Source: a virus
Taxonomy: Duplodnaviria > Caudoviricetes
IMG/VR virus record: IMGVR_UViG_3300031228_000010
Span: 1 to 47,040 of that record
Direction: 5' to 3' (one strand)
DNA: 47,040 nucleotides
Part shown: positions 17,405-26,670 of the stretch, in pieces
How the letters are laid out: the number at the start of each line of letters is the position of its first letter
Position numbering within the stretch: the first letter of the stretch is position 1
The notes under the pieces: generated by a model
The model's database searches: none
What the model saw: only the letters and a program-made list of their open reading frames with translations
What the model was told of the DNA's origin: nothing
Position numbers and translations under genes: made by a program

Positions 17405-17895
17405 GCCTGAAGGCCAGACTCTCCCAGCGTGAGCTGCCGACCGCTGAGTACCCCCTGCGCATCTCCGACGACACGGAGGCGCGGGGGGAACTCACGGCGG
17501 CGCAGCACGAGCTGCGTCTCGCCGAGGGCCGCGAGGAGTCGGCGGCCAAGATCAAGGCCGCGAAGGCCAAGGTCGACAAGGCGCAGAAGAAGGCCGACTC
17601 GCACTACGAGACGCTGCGGCTCCGCGCCATCCCCTCGGTGGAGATGGAGGCGCTGATCGCCAAGCATCCCGCGCCGAAGGATTCCGACGATGCGTGGAAT
17701 GTCGAGACGTTCCGGCCCGCGCTGATCGCGGCGTGCGTCGACGGCGATATGACCGAGCAGGATTGGGCCGAGTTTCTGTCGGGGTCTCCGCTCGGCGAGG
17801 TGCGGGAGCTGTTCTCCGCCGCGCTGAGGATCAACGACAGGAGCCCTGACCCGGGCGTGGGAAAAGACTGGATGCAGATTCTCAACTTGCTCTAG
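17401..17895 (+). CDS. tail assembly chaperone (G)
   Basis: L...HP....N.ETF.PALIAAC; slippery site near the 3' end. Confidence 0.85.
   Translation: MSLKARLSQRELPTAEYPLRISDDTEARGELTAAQHELRLAEGREESAAKIKAAKAKVDKAQKKADSHYETLRLRAIPSVEMEALIAKHPAPKDSDDAWNVETFRPALIAACVDGDMTEQDWAEFLSGSPLGEVRELFSAALRINDRSPDPGVGKDWMQILNLL
17859..17865 (+). other. -1 ribosomal frameshift site GGGAAAA
   Basis: G GGA AAA; the -1 frame is open from 17859 and joins the ORF at 17898. Confidence 0.85.
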
Positions 17896-18185
17896 AGATG
17901 AGCGTCTGCGCCGACTACAAGATCCCGCACTCCGAGTTCTTGTCGTGGATCGATTCGGATCGCGACAAGGCCGTCTGGTGGCACATCCGGCAGGCGGAGA
18001 AGTGCCCGAGCTGCGGTACCCGCGAGGGTGACTGGGCGAAGGATCACAACGCGTTCATCGGCGACCTTAAACGCTGCCGGGGTTGTGAGATCCGGGAGCG
18101 GACGCAGGAGTCCGTCACCGATGCCGACGGGCGTGGTGTGCACGTGGTGCTCAAGAGGCGCGAGGACGTTCGTCGATCACAGTGA
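17859..18185 (+). CDS. tail assembly chaperone frameshift extension (GT)
   Basis: IPHSEFLSW...DRDKA...CPSCG...CRGC; in frame after the -1 shift. Confidence 0.8.
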   Translation, partial: GKRLDADSQLALEMSVCADYKIPHSEFLSWIDSDRDKAVWWHIRQAEKCPSCGTREGDWAKDHNAFIGDLKRCRGCEIRERTQESVTDADGRGVHVVLKRREDVRRSQ

Positions 18186-18492
18186 TGCCTCGCATTGGCC
18201 TCTTCGGGTCGATTGGTCGGGATGCGAACAGGGCGAGCAGTCCTATGGCGCCGCCCAGGGCCAGCGCGATCGCGGGGAGCCGCAGGATCGAAGTCTGGCG
18301 GCCGCACTGTTCGGCGGCGTCACCGTAGATGCCGCCAGCTAATGAGCTGGCCATGTCATTTACGGCCGCGTCGTTCGATCCGACGAATGCTGACCCGCAG
18401 TTCGCTCCACTCGCGCTGGTCGGCATCAGGCCGATCAGCAGCCCCAGCCCGAGTGCGATGCCACTTAACCATAGGGCGACGGTCCGATTCAT
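18151..18492 (-). CDS. membrane protein inserted antisense in the tail operon (moron-like)
   Basis: Two TM segments around a loop with two Cys; GAGAGGA RBS. Confidence 0.7.
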   Translation of the reverse strand: MNRTVALWLSGIALGLGLLIGLMPTSASGANCGSAFVGSNDAAVNDMASSLAGGIYGDAAEQCGRQTSILRLPAIALALGGAIGLLALFASRPIDPKRPMRGITVIDERPRAS

Positions 18493-18572
18493 GGCCTGAT
18501 CCTCTCGATCGCCCGAGTCCGGCGAAATGTCAGTGTCCCATATGCCCGTTCTTGATCGCTAGGGGGTGAGCC

Positions 18573-21500
18573 GTGGCGCTCGGTGCGATGAACAAGAATC
18601 TCAACGTCAACGTCACGGCATCCTCCACTGACTTCGACCGCGGCATGCGGAGCGCGTCGGCATCCTCGAGACAGTTTGGCCGAGAGTTGGCGAAGCAGCG
18701 CCGGGAGGCCGAGCAGTTCCGGGAGAACGTTGGCAAGGCGATGCTCGGCGTCGGCATCGGCATGGCTGCTGCTGCGGGGCTGTCCGTCAAGGCTGCGATC
18801 GAGTGGGAGTCCGCCTGGACGGGCGTCGAGAAGACGGTCACCGGTAACGCGAAGCAGATGGCCGCATTGGAGGGCCAGCTGCGGTCGATGGCCAGGGAGC
18901 TTCCGGCGACGCATCAGGAGATTGCCGCTGTCGCCGAGGCTGCCGGGCAGCTCGGTATCCAGCGGGAGAACATCGCGTCGTTCACCCGCACGATGATCGC
19001 GATGGGCGAGACGACGAACCTCACCGCCGAGGACGCGGCTACCGCGTTCGCGCAGTTCGCGAACGTCATGGGCACAAGCCAAGGCAACTTCGACAGGATG
19101 GCCTCGACCGTGGTCGCCCTCGGTAACGCGGGCGCTTCGACTGAAGCCGACATCGTCGCCCTCGCTCAGCGCCTGTCTGGTGCGGGCAAGCTCATGGGCG
19201 CGACCGAGCCGGAGATTCTGGCGCTCGCCTCGTCCATGGCCGACCTCGGTATCGAGGCCGAGTTGGGTGGTGGCGCGATCCAGCGCACTGCGATCAAAAT
19301 CGAGACGGCCGTCGCGCAGGGCGGCGCAGCGCTGGAAGGGTTCGCCAACGTCGCCGGCGTGTCCGCGCAGCGGTTCGCGACCATGTACGAGAAGCGGCCC
19401 GTTGAGGCGATCGACGCGTTCGTCCGTGGGCTGAACCACATCGACAAGTCCGGCGGCGACGCGATCGGCGCGCTGGCGGAACTGAACATTAAGGGCACCC
19501 AGGACCTGTCCGTGCTGCTCCGACTCAAGGGCGCGGGGGATCTGCTGTCCAAGTCGCTGGATCGCGGCACCAAGGCGTGGCGGGAGAACACCGCGCTGGT
19601 GAGGGAGGCCGCGAAGCGGTACGCGACCACCGAGGCGCAGATGCAGGTTGCCCGCAACAACATCAAGGACCTCGGGATCACCATCGGTCAGACGCTCCTG
19701 CCTGTAGTGGGAGGCTTGGCCGACAAGATCCGCGGGCTAGTGCTGGTGATCCAGAATCTGCCCGGGCCGGTGAAGAGCGCGTTGGGCGTGTTCGGTGCCC
19801 TGGTTGGCACTCTGAGCCTCGTCGGAGGCGGCGCGTTACTGTTGGGGCCGAAACTCGCCAGTCTCCGCTCAACGGCATCCGCGATGACGAGGTCGGCGTC
19901 GTCGATGAATCGGGCGCTGGGCGCGACTGGCATGTTCATGACCGGGCCGTGGGGCGCGGCTATCGCTGCCGCAACCCTGGCACTCGGGTTCTTCGCTGCA
20001 TCGAAGGCCGAAGCGGCCGTCGAAGTTGAGCGGTTCGTGTCTGCGATCGAGGCGGACAACGGCGTGCTGGCCGAGAACTCCCGGATGACGGCGCTGAAGG
20101 CGCTGCAAGATCGGGGCATGACGGACGCGCTCAAGGCGGCGAAGATCCCGCTTGCCGAGGCAGTCAACGCGCTGGTCGCCCAGGACGGCAGCCTGGAGTC
20201 GGTCATCGCCCGGATGCGCGCCTACGAGGACGAGCAGGAGTCGAACTCCATGTTCCTGGTCGGGCATGTCGTCCCCGCCTGGCATCAATTCACTGCGGCG
20301 CTGGGGCTCAACGACAAGGGTGTGACCAAGAACGAGCGCGGCCTGAACGGTGTCGCCGAATCGCTTGAGAAGGCTGGGCAAGAGGCCAAGGAGAAGGAGC
20401 AGGTATTCGGCAAGGACCTGCCTGGCGCTCTCGGGAAGACGGCGGGGGCGGCGGAGAAGGTAGACCCGATCCTGCAAAACCTGGGTGAGCAGTTCGGCGA
20501 GACCGGCGAGGAGGCCGCCAAGGCCGCCGAGGAGATGCTGGACGCCTGGACTGAGGCGTATAAGAAGTTCGTTGACCTTGGTACCGCCTACGATGACGCG
20601 CTGGCAGCCAAGGAAGCGCAGGAGCGCGAGTCGGCGGATGTGACTTCGCGATCGACTAAGCGATCCTCGGGATCATGGGACAAGTTCCTTGCGGACGTCA
20701 AGGTCACCGCGGCGGACTACATCGCCGAGCTGAGGAAGCAGGCGAGGGCTCAGCGCGAATGGTCCGGCAACATGATCGAGCTGGCCGCCCGCATCCCAGA
20801 GGCTATGCTCGACGATCTTGCGCGGATGGGGCCGGAGGGTGCCGAAGAGGTGGCCCTGCTGCATTCGATGACCGATACGCAGCTGAAGCGGGTCGTCAAA
20901 CTGTGGGCGAACCGCTCCGACGAGGCGGCGAATCGGTTCGCGCAGCGACTCTCAGATGCGGCCCCAGTCTTGGCTGACATCGCCCGCAGGCTCGGTGGCG
21001 ACGTCGCGAAGAAGATCGCCGAGTTTATGCGCAAGCAGGGCGTCGATGTGTTCGCTGCCGCTGAGCGTATGGGCATCCTGATTGACCGCGGCGTTGGTGT
21101 CGACCAGGAGCGCATTATCAAGTTCGACGCCGATGTCCGCGCGGCCCTGGAGAAGGCGAACTTCACCAAGGACGAGATCAACCGGATCATGAAGCGGATC
21201 CGGGACGAGAAGGTCACCGTGTCGTGGGCTACAGCGAGCTGGGATGCCCGTAAAGAGTTCCACGGCATTACCGAGGCGGACGGCGACATCCTCGAGCGCC
21301 ACGACGCGCAGATCGCGCCGGGCGGCGCGTGGCGCGTGTGGGCGGAGCCGGAGACCGGCGGCGAAGCGTATATTCCGCTCGCGGGCTCCAAGCGCGCCCG
21401 GTCGATGTCCATCCTGGAGCAGGTCGCCAAGAAGTTCGGTGTCGGCATCACGCCGATGGCTCATGGCGGCATGGTCCAAGCCGAGGACGGTTCATGGGTG

Positions 21501-23474
21501 CCGAGGTCGTTCTACTCGCACTCCGGCATGGTCCAGGCTGAAGACGGATCGAGGGTGCCGAGGTCGTTCTATTCAAATTCGGTCATGGACCTGACGGGTA
21601 AGGTGTCGGGCCTGCAAGGGCTGAAGCGCAGCATTGTGCGCGCGATCCAGGAACAGGCCAGGGACTCGATGCCTGCTCCGTTCGCCTTCAGCTCGAGCGG
21701 CGGCGGCAACGCCGCGAACATGGCTCTCGGCCGCCAGATGGCCGCCGGGTACGGCTGGACCGGCGCGCAGTGGGCGGCGCTGAAGGAGTTGTGGATCCGG
21801 GAGAGCGGATGGAACAGCTTCGCCGACAACCCCACGTCGAGTGCCTTCGGTATCCCGCAGGCGCTTACCTCGATGCACAACGTGGGTGCTGCATACCTCG
21901 CCGGCAACCCAGGCGCGCAGATCGCATGGGGTCTCAACTACATCGCTGGCCGCCACGGTTCGCCGCTGGGCGCGCTCGCGTTCCACAACGCCCACAACTG
22001 GTACGACGAGGGCGGGATGCTGAAGAGCGGCCAGTCCGGTTCCAACAAGTCGGGCAAGCCGGAGCGCATCCTGTCTCCGCGCCAGACCTCGGCGTTCGAG
22101 CATCTGGTGCAGGCGTTGACCAACCCGCAGCGGGCAGCGCGCCAGGTCCTGTTGCACGTCAAGGGTGGCGGCGACTTGTTCCGCGACTTCAGCTTCAGTG
22201 GCATGTCCAAGCTGGTCGGGAAGTTCAACGACCAGCTGGCCGCCGCGTTCACCCGGACCGGCAAGAAGTTCACGCGCGCGAACGTGCTCCGGTTCCTGGA
22301 TGCGAGAACCCCAGACATTCAGAAGCGGGTCAGCTCACTGTCCGATGCGGACAGGCGGGAGGACCGGCGTCAGCGTCAGCAGCAGCAGCGGCGGGAACGG
22401 TCGGAGCGGCGGCTGTCGAACTTCGCGCCGCTCGCCGACCAGCTGATGGGCGGCGTGAAGCAGTCCGACGATCCGCTGAAGCAGCAACTCAAGCAGATGA
22501 ACAAGACGTTGTCGGGCATGGCCGAGTTCCTGCGCCAGGCCGAGAAGGGTCGACTCGCCCGCAGGGTGGGCGATCCGTTCCGGCATCGGATCACCAGCAT
22601 GCTCCAGCGCAGGGAGCTGATCGACGCCCGGCTTGAGAAGGCCATCGGTCGCCGCGACGCAGCGGCGGGGCGTCGGCGGGATCTGGTGCAGGGTGTGCGG
22701 GGCAACATCATGTCGGGGCGTGGCCTGACGTCGTTCGCCGCGTTCAGTCCCCGGGACGTACGCGAGGTGCTGGAGGAAAACCTCCACCGGGTGCGGCGGT
22801 TCCAGCGCCAGCTGCGGCGGCTGACTCGCATGGGTTTCCGCCGCGAGATCGTGGCCCAGGTCGCCCAGGCTGGGCCGGAGGCGGGCGCGGGCCTGGCGAA
22901 GACTCTCGCCGAGTCGAGCAAAGCGCAGGTGGCGGGGATCAACAAGCAGTTCGCGGGCATCGGCCGCGCGTCGCGGCGATTCTCCCGCGAGATGGGCAAC
23001 GAGCTGTTCGGCGCGGGCGTGCAAGCCTCCGAAGGTCTGCTGCGCGGGCTGCGCAAGAACCGGCGGGCACTGTCGCGGGAGATGCGCCGACTGGGCCGGG
23101 GCATGATCAAGGACATCAGGTCCGAGCTCAAGATCTCCTCGCCGTCCCGCGAGATGGAGTGGATCGGCGAGATGGCCGGCGCTGGCCTCATCGGCGGCTG
23201 GGAGCGGCAGCTCAGCGGATCGTGGTTCGACGCCAAGGGGATCTCACTGAAGCAGACGATCCCGCAGATCCCGTCCACCCCGGTGCGCGCCGAGTCGCGG
23301 TCGGTGCGAGTGGATATCGACTATGACCGGCTGGCGCGTGCGGTACAGCGCACGGGCAACTTGAAGGTTTCTGGACGGCTGGCGATCGACGCGGGCCGCA
23401 ATGGCGGGCTGGTGGGCGTGATGCGTGACGTGGCTGCCGAGGAAGCTCGCGACGAGATGGACTGGCGGGGCTGA
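18573..23474 (+). CDS. tape measure protein with lytic transglycosylase-like domain
   Basis: 1633 aa, Ala-rich; WESAWTGVEKT TP901-type core; LWIRESGWN..A.NP.S.AFGIPQ SLT-like motif; KISSPSR. Confidence 0.95.
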   Translation: MALGAMNKNLNVNVTASSTDFDRGMRSASASSRQFGRELAKQRREAEQFRENVGKAMLGVGIGMAAAAGLSVKAAIEWESAWTGVEKTVTGNAKQMAALEGQLRSMARELPATHQEIAAVAEAAGQLGIQRENIASFTRTMIAMGETTNLTAEDAATAFAQFANVMGTSQGNFDRMASTVVALGNAGASTEADIVALAQRLSGAGKLMGATEPEILALASSMADLGIEAELGGGAIQRTAIKIETAVAQGGAALEGFANVAGVSAQRFATMYEKRPVEAIDAFVRGLNHIDKSGGDAIGALAELNIKGTQDLSVLLRLKGAGDLLSKSLDRGTKAWRENTALVREAAKRYATTEAQMQVARNNIKDLGITIGQTLLPVVGGLADKIRGLVLVIQNLPGPVKSALGVFGALVGTLSLVGGGALLLGPKLASLRSTASAMTRSASSMNRALGATGMFMTGPWGAAIAAATLALGFFAASKAEAAVEVERFVSAIEADNGVLAENSRMTALKALQDRGMTDALKAAKIPLAEAVNALVAQDGSLESVIARMRAYEDEQESNSMFLVGHVVPAWHQFTAALGLNDKGVTKNERGLNGVAESLEKAGQEAKEKEQVFGKDLPGALGKTAGAAEKVDPILQNLGEQFGETGEEAAKAAEEMLDAWTEAYKKFVDLGTAYDDALAAKEAQERESADVTSRSTKRSSGSWDKFLADVKVTAADYIAELRKQARAQREWSGNMIELAARIPEAMLDDLARMGPEGAEEVALLHSMTDTQLKRVVKLWANRSDEAANRFAQRLSDAAPVLADIARRLGGDVAKKIAEFMRKQGVDVFAAAERMGILIDRGVGVDQERIIKFDADVRAALEKANFTKDEINRIMKRIRDEKVTVSWATASWDARKEFHGITEADGDILERHDAQIAPGGAWRVWAEPETGGEAYIPLAGSKRARSMSILEQVAKKFGVGITPMAHGGMVQAEDGSWVPRSFYSHSGMVQAEDGSRVPRSFYSNSVMDLTGKVSGLQGLKRSIVRAIQEQARDSMPAPFAFSSSGGGNAANMALGRQMAAGYGWTGAQWAALKELWIRESGWNSFADNPTSSAFGIPQALTSMHNVGAAYLAGNPGAQIAWGLNYIAGRHGSPLGALAFHNAHNWYDEGGMLKSGQSGSNKSGKPERILSPRQTSAFEHLVQALTNPQRAARQVLLHVKGGGDLFRDFSFSGMSKLVGKFNDQLAAAFTRTGKKFTRANVLRFLDARTPDIQKRVSSLSDADRREDRRQRQQQQRRERSERRLSNFAPLADQLMGGVKQSDDPLKQQLKQMNKTLSGMAEFLRQAEKGRLARRVGDPFRHRITSMLQRRELIDARLEKAIGRRDAAAGRRRDLVQGVRGNIMSGRGLTSFAAFSPRDVREVLEENLHRVRRFQRQLRRLTRMGFRREIVAQVAQAGPEAGAGLAKTLAESSKAQVAGINKQFAGIGRASRRFSREMGNELFGAGVQASEGLLRGLRKNRRALSREMRRLGRGMIKDIRSELKISSPSREMEWIGEMAGAGLIGGWERQLSGSWFDAKGISLKQTIPQIPSTPVRAESRSVRVDIDYDRLARAVQRTGNLKVSGRLAIDAGRNGGLVGVMRDVAAEEARDEMDWRG
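21468..21576 (+). repeat. 57-bp (19-aa) tandem duplication in TMP
   Basis: GMVQAEDGS(W/R)VPRSFYS twice. Confidence 0.9.
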
Positions 23475-25426
23475 TGCCGACGAACCGGAGCCGTGCCAGC
23501 TATGACACGCTCATCTCCGAGGGCGAGCCGAATAAGAACTTCGGCGACTGGCATCTGCTGACGCTGGCGGGGAACGCGTCCAACCGCCGGTTCGCGCTGC
23601 TGTACTTCGCTGGGCTTCCCCCGGCGGGGGCCACGGTCAGCAGCGCCACGCTGAGAGTGTGGCTGAAGGTCGGTGCGACGTCGGACTGGTCGGGCACGCA
23701 CACCATCACTGCGAGGCGGATCCTGCCGACGTGGAAAGAGTCGCTGATCACCTGGAACCGGGCGGGCTCGGGCCAACTGGTGACCGGCGCGACGAACCCG
23801 GCGAGCGCGGTGGTGACGGGCGGAACCGGCGGGCAGCTCGTCGAGTTCGACGTGAGCCTGATGATGGCCGACGTCGCCGCCGGTGCCGACTATGCCGGGA
23901 TTCGGCTCGAGGTGAACACCAACGGCACGAAGCGAATCCACTCGTCGGAGTCGGCTACGCCGGAGTTCCGGCCGCAGCTTGAGATCCAGTGGAACCGGGC
24001 TCCGCTCGAGCCGACTGATCTTGCCCCGGCGGGCGGACGTTCGGTGTCCGTCTCCCATCCGGTGCTGACGTGGAATTTCCGCGACCGGGAGGGCGACGAG
24101 CAGGCCGAGCTGCGCGTACTGATCTCCACGTCGTCGGCGATCGGCTCTGGCGGCCAGCTGTCTACGAACGAGTTCGACTCAGGCTGGGTGGTCTCCGACG
24201 AGGAACAGCTGGACCTATCGACCACGGCCTATGCGGGCGTGGCTGGTGGCGCGACCCGGTATTGGCAGGTGCGGACCAAGGATGTGCCGGGGCAGATTTC
24301 GCCGTGGTCGGATGTGGAGGAGTTCCGTCGGGACGCGAAGGGCGTGTTCACGGTCGACTCGCCGCTCGATGGCGGCACGGTGGATGAGACCACCCCGACG
24401 ATCACGACGACGCTGACGGCTCTTGCCCAGGAGGCGCTCGCCTATCGGCTGATGGAGGACGACGGCACGGGGAACTTCGTCACGTTGTGGGATCAGCCCC
24501 GGTTCGCTGCCGCCGAGTCCGCTGGGGTGGCGCACAGCTTCAATATCCCGAAGGGCCTGATTCGCCGGACGGGGCGGCAGTACCGACTCCGGGTGTGGTC
24601 GTGGGACACGGTCGATCGGGAGGGCACGCCGGGCGACCCGGTGCGGTACACCGACGTCGCGACGTTCACCTTCGTCCGTTCCGCCGCGCCATCACCGGTC
24701 ACGGCACTGACGGTGGTCGACGAGACCCCAGGTGTGAAGCTCACCTGGAACCGCGCAGCTGGGGTTTCGTCACCAGACTGGTTCTGCCTGATGGTTGACG
24801 GGGAGAGGGTGTTCGACCGTATCGACCCGGCAGAGGTCAGCCTGGGCGGCGACCCGATCGTCTACTCGATGGTCTGGTACGGCGTGCAGAACAACGTCTC
24901 GCACACGTGCGAGGTCGAGGCGGTCACGCTGGACGTCGGCAAGCTGAAGCACAGCCAGTCCAACGCCACCGTCACGATGACCCCAGACCTCTCCGAGGCA
25001 GAGGTGGGTGGCATCTGGCTGGTCGACGACTACGACCAGCTGCATGCGCCGGCCAGCCTGCCGCGCAGGATCCGCATCCGCGGTGCCGAGATGCCTGATC
25101 TTCAGGTTGGGGAGTCGAGCGCCACGTTCTATCCGATCGGCCGGAGATCCCCGGTGATCGTGGTGGATGCGATCCGTGGACTGGAGGGCACGGTCTCGGG
25201 CGTGGTCGGGCAGAACGACCTAGACGACCCGAACAGTGTGGGGTTCCTGGCCAACTGGAAGTGGGCGAAGCTGCCGGAGAACGTCGGCAGGCGGTGGCGG
25301 CTCGTGTTCGGGGACGTCAACATCCCGGTGCAGCTGGGCCAGGCGGGCGGCACACACACGGACTCGCACCTGCGCCGCCACCAGGTGTCCGTCGAGGTGT
25401 CGCAGATCGCGGAGTTCCCCGAGTGA
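23474..25426 (+). CDS. minor tail protein (DNRLRE-like N-terminal domain, FN3-like regions)
   Basis: DT.I....P.KNFG...SSATLRV...W.E..ITWN...SSES...RPQLEI; follows TMP. Confidence 0.75.
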   Translation: MPTNRSRASYDTLISEGEPNKNFGDWHLLTLAGNASNRRFALLYFAGLPPAGATVSSATLRVWLKVGATSDWSGTHTITARRILPTWKESLITWNRAGSGQLVTGATNPASAVVTGGTGGQLVEFDVSLMMADVAAGADYAGIRLEVNTNGTKRIHSSESATPEFRPQLEIQWNRAPLEPTDLAPAGGRSVSVSHPVLTWNFRDREGDEQAELRVLISTSSAIGSGGQLSTNEFDSGWVVSDEEQLDLSTTAYAGVAGGATRYWQVRTKDVPGQISPWSDVEEFRRDAKGVFTVDSPLDGGTVDETTPTITTTLTALAQEALAYRLMEDDGTGNFVTLWDQPRFAAAESAGVAHSFNIPKGLIRRTGRQYRLRVWSWDTVDREGTPGDPVRYTDVATFTFVRSAAPSPVTALTVVDETPGVKLTWNRAAGVSSPDWFCLMVDGERVFDRIDPAEVSLGGDPIVYSMVWYGVQNNVSHTCEVEAVTLDVGKLKHSQSNATVTMTPDLSEAEVGGIWLVDDYDQLHAPASLPRRIRIRGAEMPDLQVGESSATFYPIGRRSPVIVVDAIRGLEGTVSGVVGQNDLDDPNSVGFLANWKWAKLPENVGRRWRLVFGDVNIPVQLGQAGGTHTDSHLRRHQVSVEVSQIAEFPE

Positions 25427-26670
25427 TCAACCTCGGGTTGTCGACGGCTGACAAGCGGGCGTACGAGGCGACGCTGCGATCGTCGCATCGCATCCGAGTG
25501 CTGGCGCGCATCCATGACCGTGACGAGAAGATCATTTCCTCGTTCCAGGGGAAGATCCTGTCCGGCTCGGTGCAGGTGGACGCCGCACAGTCGGGGCGAA
25601 GCTGGGTATTCGCCCGGAACCAGGGCAGCGGGTCGGGCCCGGTGAGGTCACTGGATCTGACAGTGCTGTTGCCGCGCAAGGACCAGGCGTGGCTGCCCGA
25701 TGCTCCAGGTTCGGAGAGTGCGTTCGCGGACAACTTCGTCAGCGTTCTCTACGGCGTGTGGGTCGATGACCTGGCCGACGGTGCCGACTGGGTGGATGTG
25801 CCCGTGTTCTGGGGCGCGCTCACCGGGCTAGCGCAGGACGGCGATCAGGTGACGATCAGGGGCGAGGGCAAAGAAGTCCTTGGCATGGATCCAGTTCTGT
25901 TGTGGACGCCGATGACGCTCCGGAAGGGGCAGAGGCGCACCGCGGCGATCCGGGACGTGCTGGAGGCGATCGGCGAACGGCGCTTCAGTTTCCCGAGCTT
26001 CAGTCAGAAGCTGAAGGCCCGGTGGAGTTTGGATCGCCACAAGCAGGCGTGGCTGGTGGCGTCGCGGATCGCCCGGTACGGCGACTGGCAGCTGTTCTAC
26101 GACGGCCGCGGCCGCGCCCGGCTACGCCGGTTCCCGCAGAACCGTGTGTGGCTGTTCAAGTCTGGGCCAACCGGGACGCTGCTGTCGAAGCCGAACATCT
26201 CCTACGACATCAGCCAGACGCGCAACGTGGTGGAGCTGACGGACAACCGCAACATGCGGGTGGTGGCCAGGCCCGGGGCGTCCCATCCGCTGTCGCCGTG
26301 GCGGCTCCGCCGCAACGGAGTCATGCGGCACATGGTGCACGTCGAGGACGGCCTGGAGACGCAGAGCGAGACGGAGATGGAGCGGCGCGGGGAACGGCTG
26401 CTTGCCGATCTGGCCGCGGTGCAAACCAACGTCCAGTTCGAGTCGCTGGTGATTCCGCATCTCGAGGAGGGCGACAGGGTGGGCGTTCTAGTGGGCGGCA
26501 ATACCTTCGCGACCGGCCCGGCGCGGGAGCTGGAGGGCGAGCACATCGAGTTCCGCTTGCAGCAGTTCACCATTCCACTGACAGCGGGGGAGAGCATGAG
26601 CGTGGGCGTGAACCGGCGCGTGTCGTGGAAACGCCGAGGCAGTCTGCGGAACTACCGGTGGACGCGATGA
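25423..26670 (+). CDS. minor tail protein (hub-like)
   Basis: GSVQVDA...RSLDLT...LFYDGRG...IPHLEEGD; synteny. Confidence 0.75.
   Translation: MINLGLSTADKRAYEATLRSSHRIRVLARIHDRDEKIISSFQGKILSGSVQVDAAQSGRSWVFARNQGSGSGPVRSLDLTVLLPRKDQAWLPDAPGSESAFADNFVSVLYGVWVDDLADGADWVDVPVFWGALTGLAQDGDQVTIRGEGKEVLGMDPVLLWTPMTLRKGQRRTAAIRDVLEAIGERRFSFPSFSQKLKARWSLDRHKQAWLVASRIARYGDWQLFYDGRGRARLRRFPQNRVWLFKSGPTGTLLSKPNISYDISQTRNVVELTDNRNMRVVARPGASHPLSPWRLRRNGVMRHMVHVEDGLETQSETEMERRGERLLADLAAVQTNVQFESLVIPHLEEGDRVGVLVGGNTFATGPARELEGEHIEFRLQQFTIPLTAGESMSVGVNRRVSWKRRGSLRNYRWTR

Noticed and set aside
21468-21576. Near-identical repeat pair as a DGR template/variable region
   Set aside because: Adjacent, in frame, differences not adenine-specific, and no reverse transcriptase in the window
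25902-26666. N-terminal extension making a 1055-aa tail protein
   Set aside because: Overlaps the 25423-26670 gene in another frame; ATGA-coupled start at 26667 is more plausible
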